From the human T2T-CHM13v2.0 reference genome, Homo sapiens, in the NCBI RefSeq assembly GCF_009914755.1, contig NC_060930.1: DNA of 64,000 nucleotides; one strand, 5' to 3'. The notes beneath the pieces are model-generated. The model ran no database searches and was not told the origin of the DNA. It saw nothing but the letters and a program-made list of their open reading frames with translations. The translations under genes and the position numbers were made by a program. Numbering within the stretch: the stretch's first letter is position 1; every line of letters begins with the position of its first letter. Positions 11,690-25,234 of the stretch are shown piece by piece.

Positions 11690-12200
11690 CCCTCCAAGAA
11701 GGCCTCCCTCCCGTGCCCCGCTGCCCTCATCAGCTGAGGCCGGCCAATGTCCAGCAGGCCCCGGGCCCAGAGCCTCTGGCCTGTCCGGCCAGCCCAAGCA
11801 GCCGCCAGCTGGCGCTCGTGAGCGCATGAAAGGAATCCGGATAATACAAGGCCTGGTGGAGAGGCGGGTGAGAGGAATGTGGCGGGAACACAGCACACCC
11901 TGCACGGTTCAAGCCAAGCTTTTGAAGAGTTTGACTCGTTTTAGAAAGCAAACAAAGTGCTCCAGCTATCAGCAATCTTTTATTTTGTCTGCTAGAGGAA
12001 TGCCTTGCCAGTGTGGGCCGAGGACTGGGTGGTGATAAAGACACCAGTGTCCACCCTTGACTTGCCGAACGGAGTATGGACGGAGCATTCCTTTCTGCCC
12101 ACTGAGCCCGGAAATAAAGAGCAGCTCTCTTCTTTATACAAAAAGCCAAAGGGGGTCTGGCAATGAGCATGCACAAGACTTGAAGTCTCGCTCACTGGTA
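11690..12200. promoter_or_regulatory. Candidate CpG-rich enhancer/insulator ~9 kb upstream
   Basis: Non-repeat and CpG-retaining; CTCF-like CAGCCGCCAGCTGGCGCTC 11799-11817; TEAD GGAATG 11874 and 11997, CATTCC 12086; forkhead AAGCAAACA 11946. Confidence 0.55.
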
Positions 12201-12697
12201 CCCCTGAGCTTTACAGGCACTAAGTATAAGTTCTCTTAACTTGCTGAAGGCCTGGCACCCTGTGATTTCAGACTTGACGATGTAGACAAGGGAGTGTTGC
12301 AAGGGTGTTCTTGAACCCAGGGCATGCAGTTCTCCTGATTCATGCTCTAACCTGCTTTTGGAGCTTCTGGTCTTAGGAGGGGTGGAGAGTAGTGACAAGA
12401 AGAAAGGCTGTGCCCTCCTGGCCCTAGCTGATAGAGGCCATGTCTTCCCCCAGTTTTCATTTTGCCATCTTAAAATCACTCTACATTTTCAAAAGTCATC
12501 ACCTGTGCAGTTCTGGTCACCAGGCAAAAAAAAAAAACTGTCTTTCCTTTTTATCCAGACAGCTCTGTGCATTTTTTTTCTCTCCTCTCAAGCCCACTCT
12601 GGGACTCAGCTCCCTAACCATCCCCTCTCTGATGTGCCCCCTAATCTTTCCCACCCTGCTCTCTGCAAGTAAGTTCTGGCCTTCCTCACCCTAAAAA

Positions 12698-13008
12698 CAG
12701 ATTCACAGTTCCTTGTTCAAAAACCTGGAGGCCAGATGAGCTTGTGGAATTCAGAATATTTCAGATTTTAGAAAGAGATTTAGAGCATATACCACATATT
12801 ACAAGACACTCCCAGTGAAATCCATGGCTGTGTCCCATGAGCAAAGGCATGCATGTTTCAGCAATTGAATCTACAAAGAGTCATGCCAAGTGGGTAAAAG
12901 AATACATATCACTCAGGCCAACTCCAATCAGGCTGTGCTGCTGAGTGAGCTATCAAAATACTCCAGATTTTTACATTTTGTTACTGTGGATGAGCAAATA
13001 TGAGCCAC
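12698..13008 (+). mobile_element. MER46C-like TcMar-Tigger element
   Basis: GGCCAGATG...GGAATTCAGAATATTTCAGATTTTAGAAAG...GCATATACC resembles the MER46C consensus. Confidence 0.65.
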
Positions 13009-13831
13009 AAACAACATTCTCTGGGTCTTCAGGATCTTCCCTTTGCCACCTCTCCTTCCCCAACACTGACCAAGTGCCCTCTATCTTCCACTTGCCATGA
13101 CCAGAGAGTGGGTGGTCCAGCATCCTGGCCTCCTGCTCAGTCCTCCAGGCATCTGCTTCTGACCCCTGTTCCATCAATAACCATCAAAGCCATTGATGCA
13201 TAGAATAGGAGTAGTGTTGAAATTACTAGAAAAAAGAAATGAAAAAGACTGGCAAAATACAAGCCTTGATGATGATGATGATGATCATGATGATAATTGA
13301 ATTCAGCTGATAAAAAATCACTCTTGTCTAATGGCTGTCAGAGCTTCTAAGCACTAGCTCTCAATTTCTGCACCTACCTGTTGGTGGGCCTGTCCAGTGT
13401 GTGGCCTGGTGCAGGTCTGCAGAACACATTTTGAGGAGTCCTGCTCCAGGGGAACCCCCAGCCTCCATTGTCCAAGCCGGGGACTCTTCTCTGCCTGCCA
13501 ACTCTATGATCTCCCCTCAACTCCTGAAACTCCTTGTTATTTCCCCTGTTATGAAATCAACTCCTTCGGTTTCCAAAGCAGTGGGCTCTTCTGATTCTTC
13601 TACTTCTCTTGCCAATGTGTTTCAGTCTTCTTTTCAGGAGCCTTTCTTCAAGGTTCCATTCTCAGCTCCTTTTCCTTGTGTATTTTCTCCCTTATCTATC
13701 TCATGCTCTCCAATGACGTCTACTCTGATGACAATCACATCTCCCAACCTGTGTTCTGAGTTCCAAGCCCTCATTTTCTACTGCACCTAAATATTCCAGA
13801 GGCATGTCATAAGCTCCTTATAGTCAAATAT

Positions 13832-14273
13832 TGGGATGATTAATTTTATGTGTCAACCTGGATAGGCCATGCATGCTACCCAGATATTTGATCAAACACT
13901 AGTCTAGACGTTGCTGTGAAGGTGTTTTAAAGAGGAGATAACATTTAAATCAGTAGACTTTGAGTAAAGTAGATACCCTCCACCATGTGGGTGGGCCTCA
14001 TCTAATCAGATGAAGGCCTTCAGGGAAAAGAGACTGAGGTTCCCTGAAGAAGAGGGAATTCTGTTCCACCAGCCTTCAGACTCAAGCTGCAACATCAGCT
14101 CTTCCCAGGGTCCACATGCTGTGGGTCTACCCTGCAGATTTTGGACTTGGAGACAACTCCTTGAAAACAAACCAATCTTTTACTCTCTTTCTCTTTACAC
14201 ACACACACACACGTGTGTGCACGCACACACACACATAGATACACACATGTCCTGGAGAACCCTGATTAATACA
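13832..14273 (+). mobile_element. MLT2 (ERVL) solo LTR, MLT2D-like
   Basis: GATGATTAATTTTATGTGTCAAC...GACTTTGAGTAAAG...GGAGAACCCTGATTAATACA, with internal CA repeat. Confidence 0.9.
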
Positions 14274-14559
14274 CCTATGAATGATAAATTCCCTTTAAAA
14301 CAGTGTCTGTTTTAAACCATTCTCTTTCTATTTATGTCCCTACCAGTCACCTAGAATCAAAACCTCAGACTGATCTTTTATTTCTTTCTCCCACCTACTT
14401 CCCACATCCAATCAGCTGCCAAGGCACATCAATATTTAAATATCAATATTTAAGACATAAATCGCCTCCTTTTCATTCATCCACAAAGGGAGAGTCCCAA
14501 CCACCACTCAGGCCTGATTGGTCATAGAATACATCCTCTTTTCTACAGTAATTAATCTG

Positions 14560-14927
14560 AGAACTTGACATGTAACTCAGAGTCAATCCAAGATCTTTTT
14601 GAGATTTGTATATGAAGCCTGGGAGAGAGACAACTTCTCTGTCTTTGGATCATAGACTGTAAATGTTTGCTCGGTGGTGAATATGTTTTTCTCCTTGTAG
14701 AGAGAGTCAATAGCAAGAGAGAATGAGTCCATGTGCAAAAAGAAGCAAAGGCATTTAGAGTGGAGAGATGGAGAGAACCCTAATCCTGTTGTCTGTGCCT
14801 CTGGATCTAGCCATGCCTGAAGTCTACTCTTAGACAACTCAGTTCAGAAGGCCATAAATACACCTTCCTGACTAACCTAGTATAAGTTAGATTTCTTTTA
14901 CATGCAATGACAGTGTGCTGACTAACC
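14560..14927 (+). mobile_element. MLT1 (MaLR) LTR, J/K-like
   Basis: CCTCTGGATCTAGCCATGCCTGAAG...ATAAATAC...TGCAATGACAGTGTGCTGACTAA. Confidence 0.7.
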
Positions 14928-17365
14928 CTCTACTGGAAAGTATTTTCCTAGAAGGCAAAGACTATACCTTATTCCTTTGCACCCCCTGTGGCAGCACATA
15001 CAGGGTCTTGGAGATTATAGGCACTCAGTCAATATGCTGTGTTGAACTCCCAGCTTATCTTTAAGGTATTAGCTACATTGTGAACTTGTGTGTGGGAGGA
15101 GAGGGAGACATGACCAAAAGGAGCATTTTCTGTGGCTGCTATGATGGCAGAAATAGAAATGAGACTTATGTATTAGGAACATTCCAGGGTGATGGTGGTT
15201 TGAAGCATGGTGACCCAAAGGCGAAGCAGATCCACCCTTTTATTTCAGGTTCATTGATTTTAATCCACAGCTTTAACAATGAAAGGAAAAGCAACCCATA
15301 TTTTCACTATTATGTGTGTGATAGCGGCAGTGTTTTGTCTACCTGTAGATCTGTATAAATATTTATATTACATTTCCTTGCCAGTTAACTAGTACTTGTT
15401 AATCCCTGCTGAGATTTCATTCACCCATCCACCAATACTTACTAATTGCCCAATATAATGCTAGGCACCTTGGGAGCTACAAAGATGAATAATACCTAGA
15501 GGCTGCCCTACTTCTTAAATACCTATTACAGTAGCAGCCAACGCGGCTGCAGGAAGATAAACTTGCGTTGGGGGAAAAAAATCACACCGTAAAGTTATGT
15601 AAGTTTCTATTTTAAAATCATCTGGTTCTAATTTACTAAATTTAATGCTTTAGAGCCAATGCCAAAGTGCTACATTTGATTTGTGGAAATACTTTAGCAC
15701 ATTTTTCCATCGTGCTCTTGTACAATATATTTACCACCCTTTTGTTATGGTTAGAAAGATTATGGACCTTAAAAAAAGCCCTCTTTATGAGCTTGCTGAT
15801 ATTTTGTCATAAAATGCCATAAGATGGAATAAGTCTAGTAAACAATAATATTCACTTAGGAGCATTCCACATGGTTTAGTTTTTTTTTTTCTTTTTAAAT
15901 TTAACAAGGATATCCATCTGGAAAATGGATGTTTAAAAACTTTCACTATGCCAAACCACTTCTTTTCAGTGCAGACAGTATTTTTTTCGGGTGGGGGAGC
16001 GGGCAGGGATGGGGATGGATGTTTAAATAGCAGTCATACTGAGCTATACTGCTAACACAATGATAATGTTAATAGCAAAGGATAAAAGAATGTCATGGAC
16101 CCAGAATTCCAAGAGGGAGCTTACAGAACATTCCAGCAAAATGGACTGAATGTAAGATATCAACCTAAGTGCCATTTCTGTACTGGCTCGGGGCCTGGCA
16201 CAGGGCAGCCGGGAAGAGGCACAACTTGCCTCAGGTTGAGAGAGTTCCTGGGCTGCTTCCATCTCTCTCATCCTCCCTGACAGGCTCAGTCCACTGCTGT
16301 CATGGGTTCCAGTGACAGGCAAAGGCAGATGGATCCCAGGGCCCAGGAATGAACCATCACGACGTGGTCCCCCAGGCCCCGGGCCCCACCAGTTACCTGG
16401 CAGGGCAGTAGGGCCACTGTCCTGTGGCCTATCATAGAAGAATCAAGATCTCATGCCAGCATTTTTGCTGAAGCCTCCCTGACAGGCTGCGGTTTAACCA
16501 ATGAAGCCTGCCTCGAATTTTCACAGTGGCATTTGAAGCTCGAGTGTGGACTGATTTTGCTCCTGCTTTTGGGCTTTGCTCAGCTTACCAAAAATGAGAG
16601 GTTTTTCACTTCCCACCCACAGAAAACAAGATGGCAGCCCGGGAAACTCTCCCTCTCCCTTGCAGTATTCTATTTCTTTAAAACAAAGAAACCTCATTTC
16701 TTTCAAACAGAGCTTAGACATCTCTTACAAAGGAAAGGCTGCAAAGGCTGGGCCAGTCGACATGTTTCCTATCCAACAGGCTCTCGTTGCCTCCAGTTAC
16801 GTGACTTAGGATGCAGGAGTTCAGACGCATCAGAATGAACGACATGTGACTGTTCATGGCTCCAGGGCTTCAGACGACTGCCCTGCAACCTCCCACATCA
16901 AGATAAAGGCTGCTTGTGAAGGGACACTCTAATGTGGCTCTTCCCTGCCCAGCCAAACAAGATTTGTGCTCCCAACTCCCTTGCCTAGAAGTCCAATCTT
17001 CCCATCTCCCCTTGAAAACACTGCCACATGAAATGAAAGTTTAAAACAGTAACCAAGTAAAGAGAGCATCATGATCTCTCCCTCCTTCTGAATTCCTCTT
17101 TGGAATGTCTTTTACTTTGCTCTTCCAGTCCATTCTTTCCTCCCTGCATACTCAGCTCAAGTCTGTCCTCCTAAAATTGACGCCAGCCTCTCTAGATGAG
17201 TCCTTTTTCCTGAATTTGTACTATGCTCAAAGTCAGTTCTGCTAGTTCAACACGGAGTCCTGGTGCCATTGTCTGCCATGTATGAATCCCTAATGCTGCC
17301 CCGCCTTTCATAACACTTGACCTTAGAAGTAGGCGATCCACTATTTGACCCAAGCGATAGAAATT

Positions 17366-17585
17366 TGTTTTTATTGGGACATAATTCACCTACATAAAAT
17401 TCACAATTTTAAAGTGTACTCTTCGGTGTTTTATAGGATAGTCACAGAGCTATAGCAACATCATCACTATCTAATTCCAGAACTTTTTCATCACTCCAGA
17501 AAGAAACACCATGCCCATCAGCCATCACTCCCCATTTCCCCCCAGGCCCCAGACCTCTGGCAAATACTCATCTCATTTCTGTTTG
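17366..17585 (-). mobile_element. L1M (L1MB-like) 3' end fragment
   Basis: TTTATTG...ATAATTCAC...TTTTAAAGTGTAC...CATCACTATCTAATTCCAGAAC. Confidence 0.85.
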
Positions 17586-18968
17586 GCAATAGCAATTTAT
17601 AACTGACTTCATGCATTTTTATTTTCAGCCTGATTTCAAAGGCTAACACAAACACGAGATTGGCTATTTACATTTTTGTATGTATTTCAAAAGATGACTT
17701 CAGTCGCATGAACACATGTATACATTTAACACATGCAAGGGAACATGGAGTGATAACAGCCAAAAAATGGTAATAAAATAGAAAAGAAAAGCAAAATTTG
17801 GGGTGTGTTGGTGATGCTTTAGAAGGCTTTTAGAAAGAAAGGAGAAAGAAGGTCCCATGAAGATGGGAGATTATTCCTTTGTAGGCTTTCCACTGGGACA
17901 CATCTATTTTTCAGATTATTTTGATTTAGGCCAGGTATATTATCTTCATTTTTAAGGGTTTTTTTAAAACTCATAAAGAGTTAAAAAAAGCTCTTCATTT
18001 TAAAGAGTTTTTTAACTCTTGAAAGACAATTTTTGGGATATAGAGCTGAAAGTTTCAGGGTGCCGTTTTTCTATAAGATCTTCCCAAAAGAAACATTTAA
18101 AAAGATGACATATATACCACTGCTTACTTAAAAAAAATAAAAACAATAGATTTGAGAAGGAAAAAAAAAAGAAAGAAAGAAAGGAAAGCCTTTACCATGT
18201 AGAAGTCATGTGCCAGATACAGCTAAGTGCGCCATCTCTTCTCCGTAATGGTGAATCAGGGAGGGGTTAGTAATCCTACATATGGAACCTGATGCTCAGG
18301 GAGTGACTGCCTTGCTCAGGATCACAGCAAGGATCTAACCAAGGCCCACCTGGCTTCAAACCTCATGCTTATAACCTTGTTACTGCCTTTGAACAAAATT
18401 GCAGTTCTATATATTCTCAAACTGGTTCCCCAAAAGTATCCTAATAAGAAAATTGATGTTGTACAGAAAACGGCAATAGGCATTACATCTTCTGGTCTTG
18501 GAGAACAGCTGGACAGGGAAGGGGCTTGGCTGTTCTGCTGGCTGCTCAGGGTCCTGGCTTCTGTGGCCCTCCATTCTTCATTGTAGAAGGCATCGGAGCC
18601 TTTGGCCTGACACGTCCCCAAGGCCAGGCCCATCCAGAATGGTCAAGCACTGATTGGCACTAAGCCCCCAGCACACCAGTGCTACCCTGATCTCACTTGG
18701 TTCTGGAAACTTGCTCGATGGGAAACTGAGGCCCCACCTTGGCCCTGGGATGGCTCTGCTACCTGCACACGGCTCTCCCTACAGTACTGGTATCTGAGGA
18801 CTTGATGAAGTGTCAGCTGTCTCCTTTGCCAGCTACCTGCCCTCTCCTCCATCTGATCATTGAATAGTGATGTTCCTTAGGCCCTGCCTTCTCCTTCTCT
18901 TCTCTCTCCCCAGAGTCCACAGTCATGCCAGCTATTCATATGCCAGTGACTCACCAGTTTTCATCCCC

Positions 18969-19165
18969 ATGATGGGTAATTTCATATGTCAACGTGACTG
19001 GGCTGCAATGCCCACGTATTTGGTCAGACATTATTTTGGATGTTTCTGCGAGGGTTTTTTGGGAGGAGACTTACATTTAAACCAATGGACTTTGAGTAAA
19101 GCAGATTGCCCTTCATAATGTTGGTGGGCCTCATCCAATCAGTTGAAGGCCTAAATAAAACAAAT
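18969..19165 (+). mobile_element. MLT2 (ERVL) LTR 5' fragment
   Basis: GATGGGTAATTTCATATGTCAAC...GACTTTGAGTAAAGCAGATTGCCC...CCTCATCCAATCAGTTGAAGGCC. Confidence 0.85.
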
Positions 19166-19171
19166 ATATAT

Positions 19172-19610
19172 TGAGTCCAATAGGGTTAAGTTTGACTGTG
19201 AGTAACAGAAAAACCCTAGATGAATGAGTTTAAAAAGAAGTTAATTTTCTTCTTATTTGTTAGAATTCCTGGGTTGGTTCAGGGCTCTATAAAGTCTGTA
19301 GAGACCCAGGTTTCTCCTCTCTTGTGCTTTGAAATCCTCAGTACAAGGTCCAAGGTGGCTCAAATTCTAGACATCACTTCTAAATAACATCTTCCAGCCA
19401 GCAGGAAAGAAGAATTAGGTGAAAAAAGTGCCTCCTCCCTGAAAGGTGCTCCTAGAACCTCCATTCTCATCCCATTAGCCAGATCTTGGTCACATGGTCA
19501 CAGCTAGCTGCAAGGGATGCTGGGAGGTGTAGTCTCTATTCTAGGTGGTCATTTCATGACTAAGGAAGAGGAGAATGGGTATTAGAGGATGACTGCTAGT
19601 GTTGGCCACA
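19172..19610 (-). mobile_element. MLT1 (MaLR) LTR
   Basis: TGAGTAACAGAAAA...CATTAGCCAGATCTTGGTCACATGG...GCTGCAAGGGATGCTGGGA...GCCACA. Confidence 0.75.
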
Positions 19611-22600
19611 AGTACCTACTAGGTAAATATGTACAGTAGATGCTCCATAACTGTTTGATAAATGTACATGTGCCAGGTTTTTTCTGCCTGTTTGGATAGA
19701 CCTCTGCTCATGGTAGGTAGTCATGCTAGGGTACTGGGCAATAGAGTGCATTTCCCTCTTCCTGCCCAGAGGTTATGTTCTGTTGGCTCGCGTGGGCTTC
19801 CTTCTGGCTCCTGTGTCTGGATCTGCCCTCCTGGTACACACGTGGTGAGTGTGGAGATCATGGTCAAGGGGCCCAGAGATTCCTGCCACAGGCAGGTCCT
19901 TTCCAGCTTTCTCCAGCCCACAGCAGTGCCTGGACCATGGCTGTCTGGGTCCTGAAGTGGGCGGTGAGCTCCCCCACTGCCTGTCACTCCACAGGAACAG
20001 ATGTGCAAATGGCTGGCTGTGGCCAAAGACACAGTCAGACATCCACCTCAGGAGCACAAGTTCCAGAAAGAGGGAGGGAGAGAGACGTTGAGACTAGAGG
20101 AGGAATGAGCCTCTGCTGGTCTTTCTCCCCACTGGCCCTTGTCCTTGGAGGTCAAAGTCAGTGTAAAGTCATAAAATTTTGTGAGATGCTGGCCCTGGGT
20201 GAGAGTTAGAGCCCCCATGACAAGCACAGTAGCCAAAACCTAAATCTAATTTGACATACCATGAAAATGAGGCAATTGTATGTTGGCCTTGCTGGAATCC
20301 CCATGTCACCCTCCATTAATTTCTTTGTCAAGGTAGTTTCCAAAATCTCTTTTCCTCAGCATCATAAATGCTAAGGGAAAACATCCTCAAGTGTTCTTAA
20401 CACACAGCAGGGGAGAGAGGCTGCTAACTGCCCAGAATCATGTCCTGAATCTACCGAAGCAGTCTTGCTGCCCGTCCTACGACCAGAGAGTTCTCTGGTG
20501 TCCCTTTGCCGGCATACCATTCTCTGCTGACATTCACCCAGTGGGAATCGCTCCTCCCCAGGTCCCCAGGAGACACCTGTAAGCTGAGTCCAGACCTGGC
20601 TTTTGAGCTTGACAATGACTGTTCCTTTGGGATAAAGGAGCTGGAAATGTACTGTGGCTTAGGCGCAGAGCCCCACATCCCGTCTCTCATTCCTTTACAC
20701 TTGGCCACTCCAGGATGTTTCAAAGTTCCCATTTGCAAATCAATTTAACAAGGTCCCAGGCTGAACCACTGATTAACAACATTAAAATGATTCTTTTTAC
20801 TGACTTCGGGATAAAACTACACACCTGCAAATTCCTTACTACCTTTAATTATGAACTTTGAGCCAATGTTCCATATTTTAATTTCTCTAGGTACTGGGCC
20901 TGGATTTTCCACCTTTGAAAATGTCTCCAGAATTTTTCTGCTGTAAGGAGACTTAAAGAGATGATGGGGTATAGGATAAGTGGCTGTTTAATTTGAGCTT
21001 TAAAGAAATATAACCTACAATGGAAAGAATACAAAAATGTTGTTGTATAAAAACTGGCTGGCTGTTAGTTCATTCTCTTGACCTTAATTCTCTCAACATG
21101 GAAAAGTCAATTCAAATGTAACCAATAGGGTCAACCCCATACTAACATTTCAGGAAAGATAGTGGTTCTAGGAATCAGTAAATGTGTTTTGCTGTCGGGG
21201 TGGTGGCTGTTTTGATTAAATCACCTTTGTCTCTTGTCCTCTACTAATGAGATACCTATGGTGGAGACATTTCAGAGAGCTTAATATTAAACAGATAGGG
21301 ATACTGGAGTCCAGGCTGGTTAGGTGAGGAGCATAAATCCATACTGCAGAGGAAATTGACAACCTCCCCTGTGCAGAAGTTATGTCCTGAGGCATCTTCC
21401 TCGGTCACGGTCATGGTTTTCTCTCTCCTCTCTAAGGTGAGCGGGACTCACATCAGGATCTCAGTTTTGGTTGTGAGAAAGCTGAGGCCCACTCATTACC
21501 TGTAGGAGTGATTTGCCAAGGCGGCAGGGCAGGTCAGACCCGATTCCAGCTTTCCACGTTCCAGTCCAGTTCCTCCCCCTCACTAGGCTCTTTTCTAGTG
21601 ACCCACGAAAGCTTCTGGCCTCAGACACAGTGTTCAACCACTTCAGGGATTTAGAATCAGAGCTACAAGAGGAAAACAAAGCAAAACAAGGAGCTGGCAA
21701 GGTTTAGCTGGAGAATATTGTCCTTTTTCTGGTGTTTCTAAAAACAAATGACCCTTTGTGCTCTAGCTGCCCTCAGAGCCTTTGACTAATTTCTCTGTGG
21801 CTCAGTGCCAGGGATGGCTGAATGCTGGGGATTCTGTGCTGCTTCATGCTTTGGCATGACTCTATGTATGTGTGTGTGGGGGGGGATGGTGAGTGATGGG
21901 CAAAATTCTCCCCTCACCTTCTGCTTGCACTTCCCATCAATGCAAAAGCATATCTGGGTGCTTTCGCTCCACCTCAGGGTTGAAGGCTGTGTCGATTCCT
22001 GTCACACACAGATTATATTTTGCTGTCCCATGTGAATCAGAGCTTGTGTTAATATCTTCTAGCTGGGCGCTGTAGTGCTCTCTCAGCCAGATCTTCATTT
22101 CATGTCTGTCCTGGGGCTCTTAGCTATGCCAGCAGAGCCCTCTGGAGAGCTGACTGGTATTCTCATTTTCTACCAGCCTGAGCATGTCATGAACTTTCTG
22201 GCTCACTGGGAGCTGAGAATACAGATGAACATAAAAATTGAGAAGAGTTATTGGAGGGTCTAAGAGGATGCCAGTCAAGCAAAAGAATAGTAGTTTCCTA
22301 TTGCAATATCGGAACCAGCTCTCACGTCCCGATTTCACAGTAACTCATGTATTATCTCTGCTTATTTTGAATGCTTCAGCAAGATCTATGTTAATAGAAT
22401 TCTCTATGGCTCTCCATCCTTTAAACAAATTAACACAGCCCACAGCTACCTCCCATGCCTCCTGGAAGCACCCCCTTCCATGGTCAAAGAAACCCTGTAG
22501 AGAGCAGAAAGGAGCTGGTAGGAAATAGACATCTTAGGTCCATGTCACTTACACTATTTAGTTATATAGAGCCTTCTGCACAAGCAAAGCATTATTATCC

Positions 22601-24050
22601 TAATCAAAGTTGAAAATGACAAATAGAGGACAGAAATGAATTCCTAGCCTGCAGTTTCATTTTCCCAGAAAAAAAAAACAACTCTGTCTCTTAAATATAG
22701 GGTTTGTTTGTGAGTAAATTGGTTGTATGCCCCAGGGCCTAACTATTCTAAGAAAATACATACTTTACATATTCTAAAAATAAATAAATAAAAATTAGAC
22801 ACAGAAATGGAAGTGATAGGAATGTATTTTTTTTTTCTCCTAAACTTCAAACAAGAAATCATTCTTTTGGGAAAATTGGGCTTGTGCTAGATGTTTTTAA
22901 TGCTTTCCTGGCAGTTGCCTAAGAACAAAACATTATCTTGTGGGAGAGGAGTAGGGGCACGAGAATGTTTAAATATGTCTTAATGATCTAGGGGTCTTAC
23001 AAACATCTGAGTCATAAAAAAGTCAGGTCATAGTTTTTTAAGAACATCTAGACAAGGATCAGGGTACGGTCAAAAGAAAACGCTTGGATTTTAGTCCTAA
23101 CAGGTTCCCATCTCTTTGGCACTTTCATGAATGTGCGCAGTCGTTGAACTTACAACCCATGTTGATAAAAAAGAGAAAGTATCACTTTGCAGGATTGCAA
23201 AGGAGGAAAAGATATAATGAAATCAGACAAGGCCTCCCCGCTTGTAGGAATCTGGCCTCCTCCATTGAGGTTGCGGGGAGTAAGTGTACTGTAGCAGTTA
23301 ATATTTCTGAAGGTAAAATTTGATCGGGGATATGTCTCATTCTTCACTTTTATTTCCTCTTGCTTGAAAAGTCATACATCTCCAGGAAAATTGCTGGAGA
23401 ATATTTGCCTTTTCTTTCCCTGCACAACCCCGTGCCCCAGGACAAACTCACACCGCATGGGAATGAAAACCTGAACTTTTATGTTAACTTATTTCAAATG
23501 TTCAAAACTAGTTTCCACGTTTAAATTTTATGGTGTTTTTTGAAATGTAAAATTTTAAGTGTGGGAAACTATGGTATCATTTTGGAATTTAAATCTTCTG
23601 TGGGAACATTATAAAAACTATTACCAAAGTCCATTCCTTCTTCTGGACATCACAGGCAGCAAGACAAATATACTTTAAGTGCATATGTGAATGCAACATC
23701 AGGATTCTATAAAAAGAATAAAATAGATCCAGCACCCACCCTCTAAGACAATAATGACTCAGGCAGTGATATTATAGACAGGCAGACAAACAAGGATACA
23801 GTGAGAAGGAGTTGCACACGTCTGGTCATTTTGTACTGGTATTTTTTTTTAAATGAATTTTCATTTGGAGCCACCAATTAATATTATGGCATCTTCAAGC
23901 TTATGCTAAAAGCATGAAATTACAGATAAAATACACGATGGCCAATTACATTTGAATTTCAGATAAACTATGAGCAACTTTTTAGTAGAAGTACATGCCA
24001 TGAAATATTTGGGTTATATTTGTGCAAAAATGTATTTGTTGTTTATCTGA

Positions 24051-24345
<295 letters not shown>

Positions 24346-24394
24346 TGTTTTTCTGAAGCTGAAGCTTAAATATAACTGGGAGCCCTGTATTTTT

Positions 24395-24540
24395 TAAAAT
24401 TAAATATTTCTATTTTTAAACTTTTATTTCAATAATTTTTGGGGAACAGGTAGTTTTTGGTTACATAAATACATTCTTTGGTGGTGATTTCTGAGATTTT
24501 GCTGCACCTGTCACCCAAACAGTGTAAACTGTACCTAAAA
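24395..24540 (-). mobile_element. L1 (L1PB-like) 3' terminal fragment
   Basis: TTTTATTTCAATA...GGGGAACAGGT...GGTTACAT...GGTGATTTCTGAGATTTTG; TSD CCCTGTATTTTT at 24383-24394 and 24541-24552. Confidence 0.85.
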
Positions 24541-25234
24541 CCCTGTATTTTTATTTGCTAAATCTGACCATCTTACATGCAGAGAAATAGTTACTGCCAT
24601 GACAGCCATCTGGAGCAAGAGGAGAAATCCCACTGGGCCCCAAAGGTGGTGGTAACTTACTGCTAATTAGAAAACTCTCACAGCATTTCTAGCTGCTCTC
24701 TCCCCATGGAGAGAGACCCTCTTCCCAGCTACATTCTACATCCTCTCTTAGAAGTCGGAGTGGGTGGAATGAAAGTGGCATTGGTGTTTTGGTGTGATCT
24801 TAAAGTTGCCACCTGCGATTATTCCTATCACCTGAGCTTTCACAAGTGGTATTTCAGTTCAACAAATATTTATTAAGTACATGCTGCTTTGCAGAACAAT
24901 ATGTTGGGTTGAGTCTCTTTTCTCAAGGAGTTCAGAGCCCCAAAGGGAAGACTAGCATGTCTACAGCTGATGCTATTCAAGGCAAAGTGTGGAAAAATAG
25001 AGAAAATGCAACAGGATTCATAGAGTGAGACAAATAAGTTCTGTGAGGAGTAGGAGATGAAAGAAGGGTTCATGGAGAAATGAGTGGATGAATGGGATTG
25101 GCCAGAAAGGAAGAATCTTATGGGCAGAGATACAAATCAACAGCTAACCATGCTGAGAGGACAGAACCACCAAAGAGATGGAAGTAAGAATGTGTGGTCG
25201 GAGGGATTCTCTGTTCCACCCCAGAAGGGGGTGA

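Noticed and set aside
20149-20171. AGGTCA-AAGTCA-N5-AAGTCA composite nuclear-receptor motif
   Set aside because: Two of the three half-sites deviate from RGKTCA; plausible by chance in 64 kb
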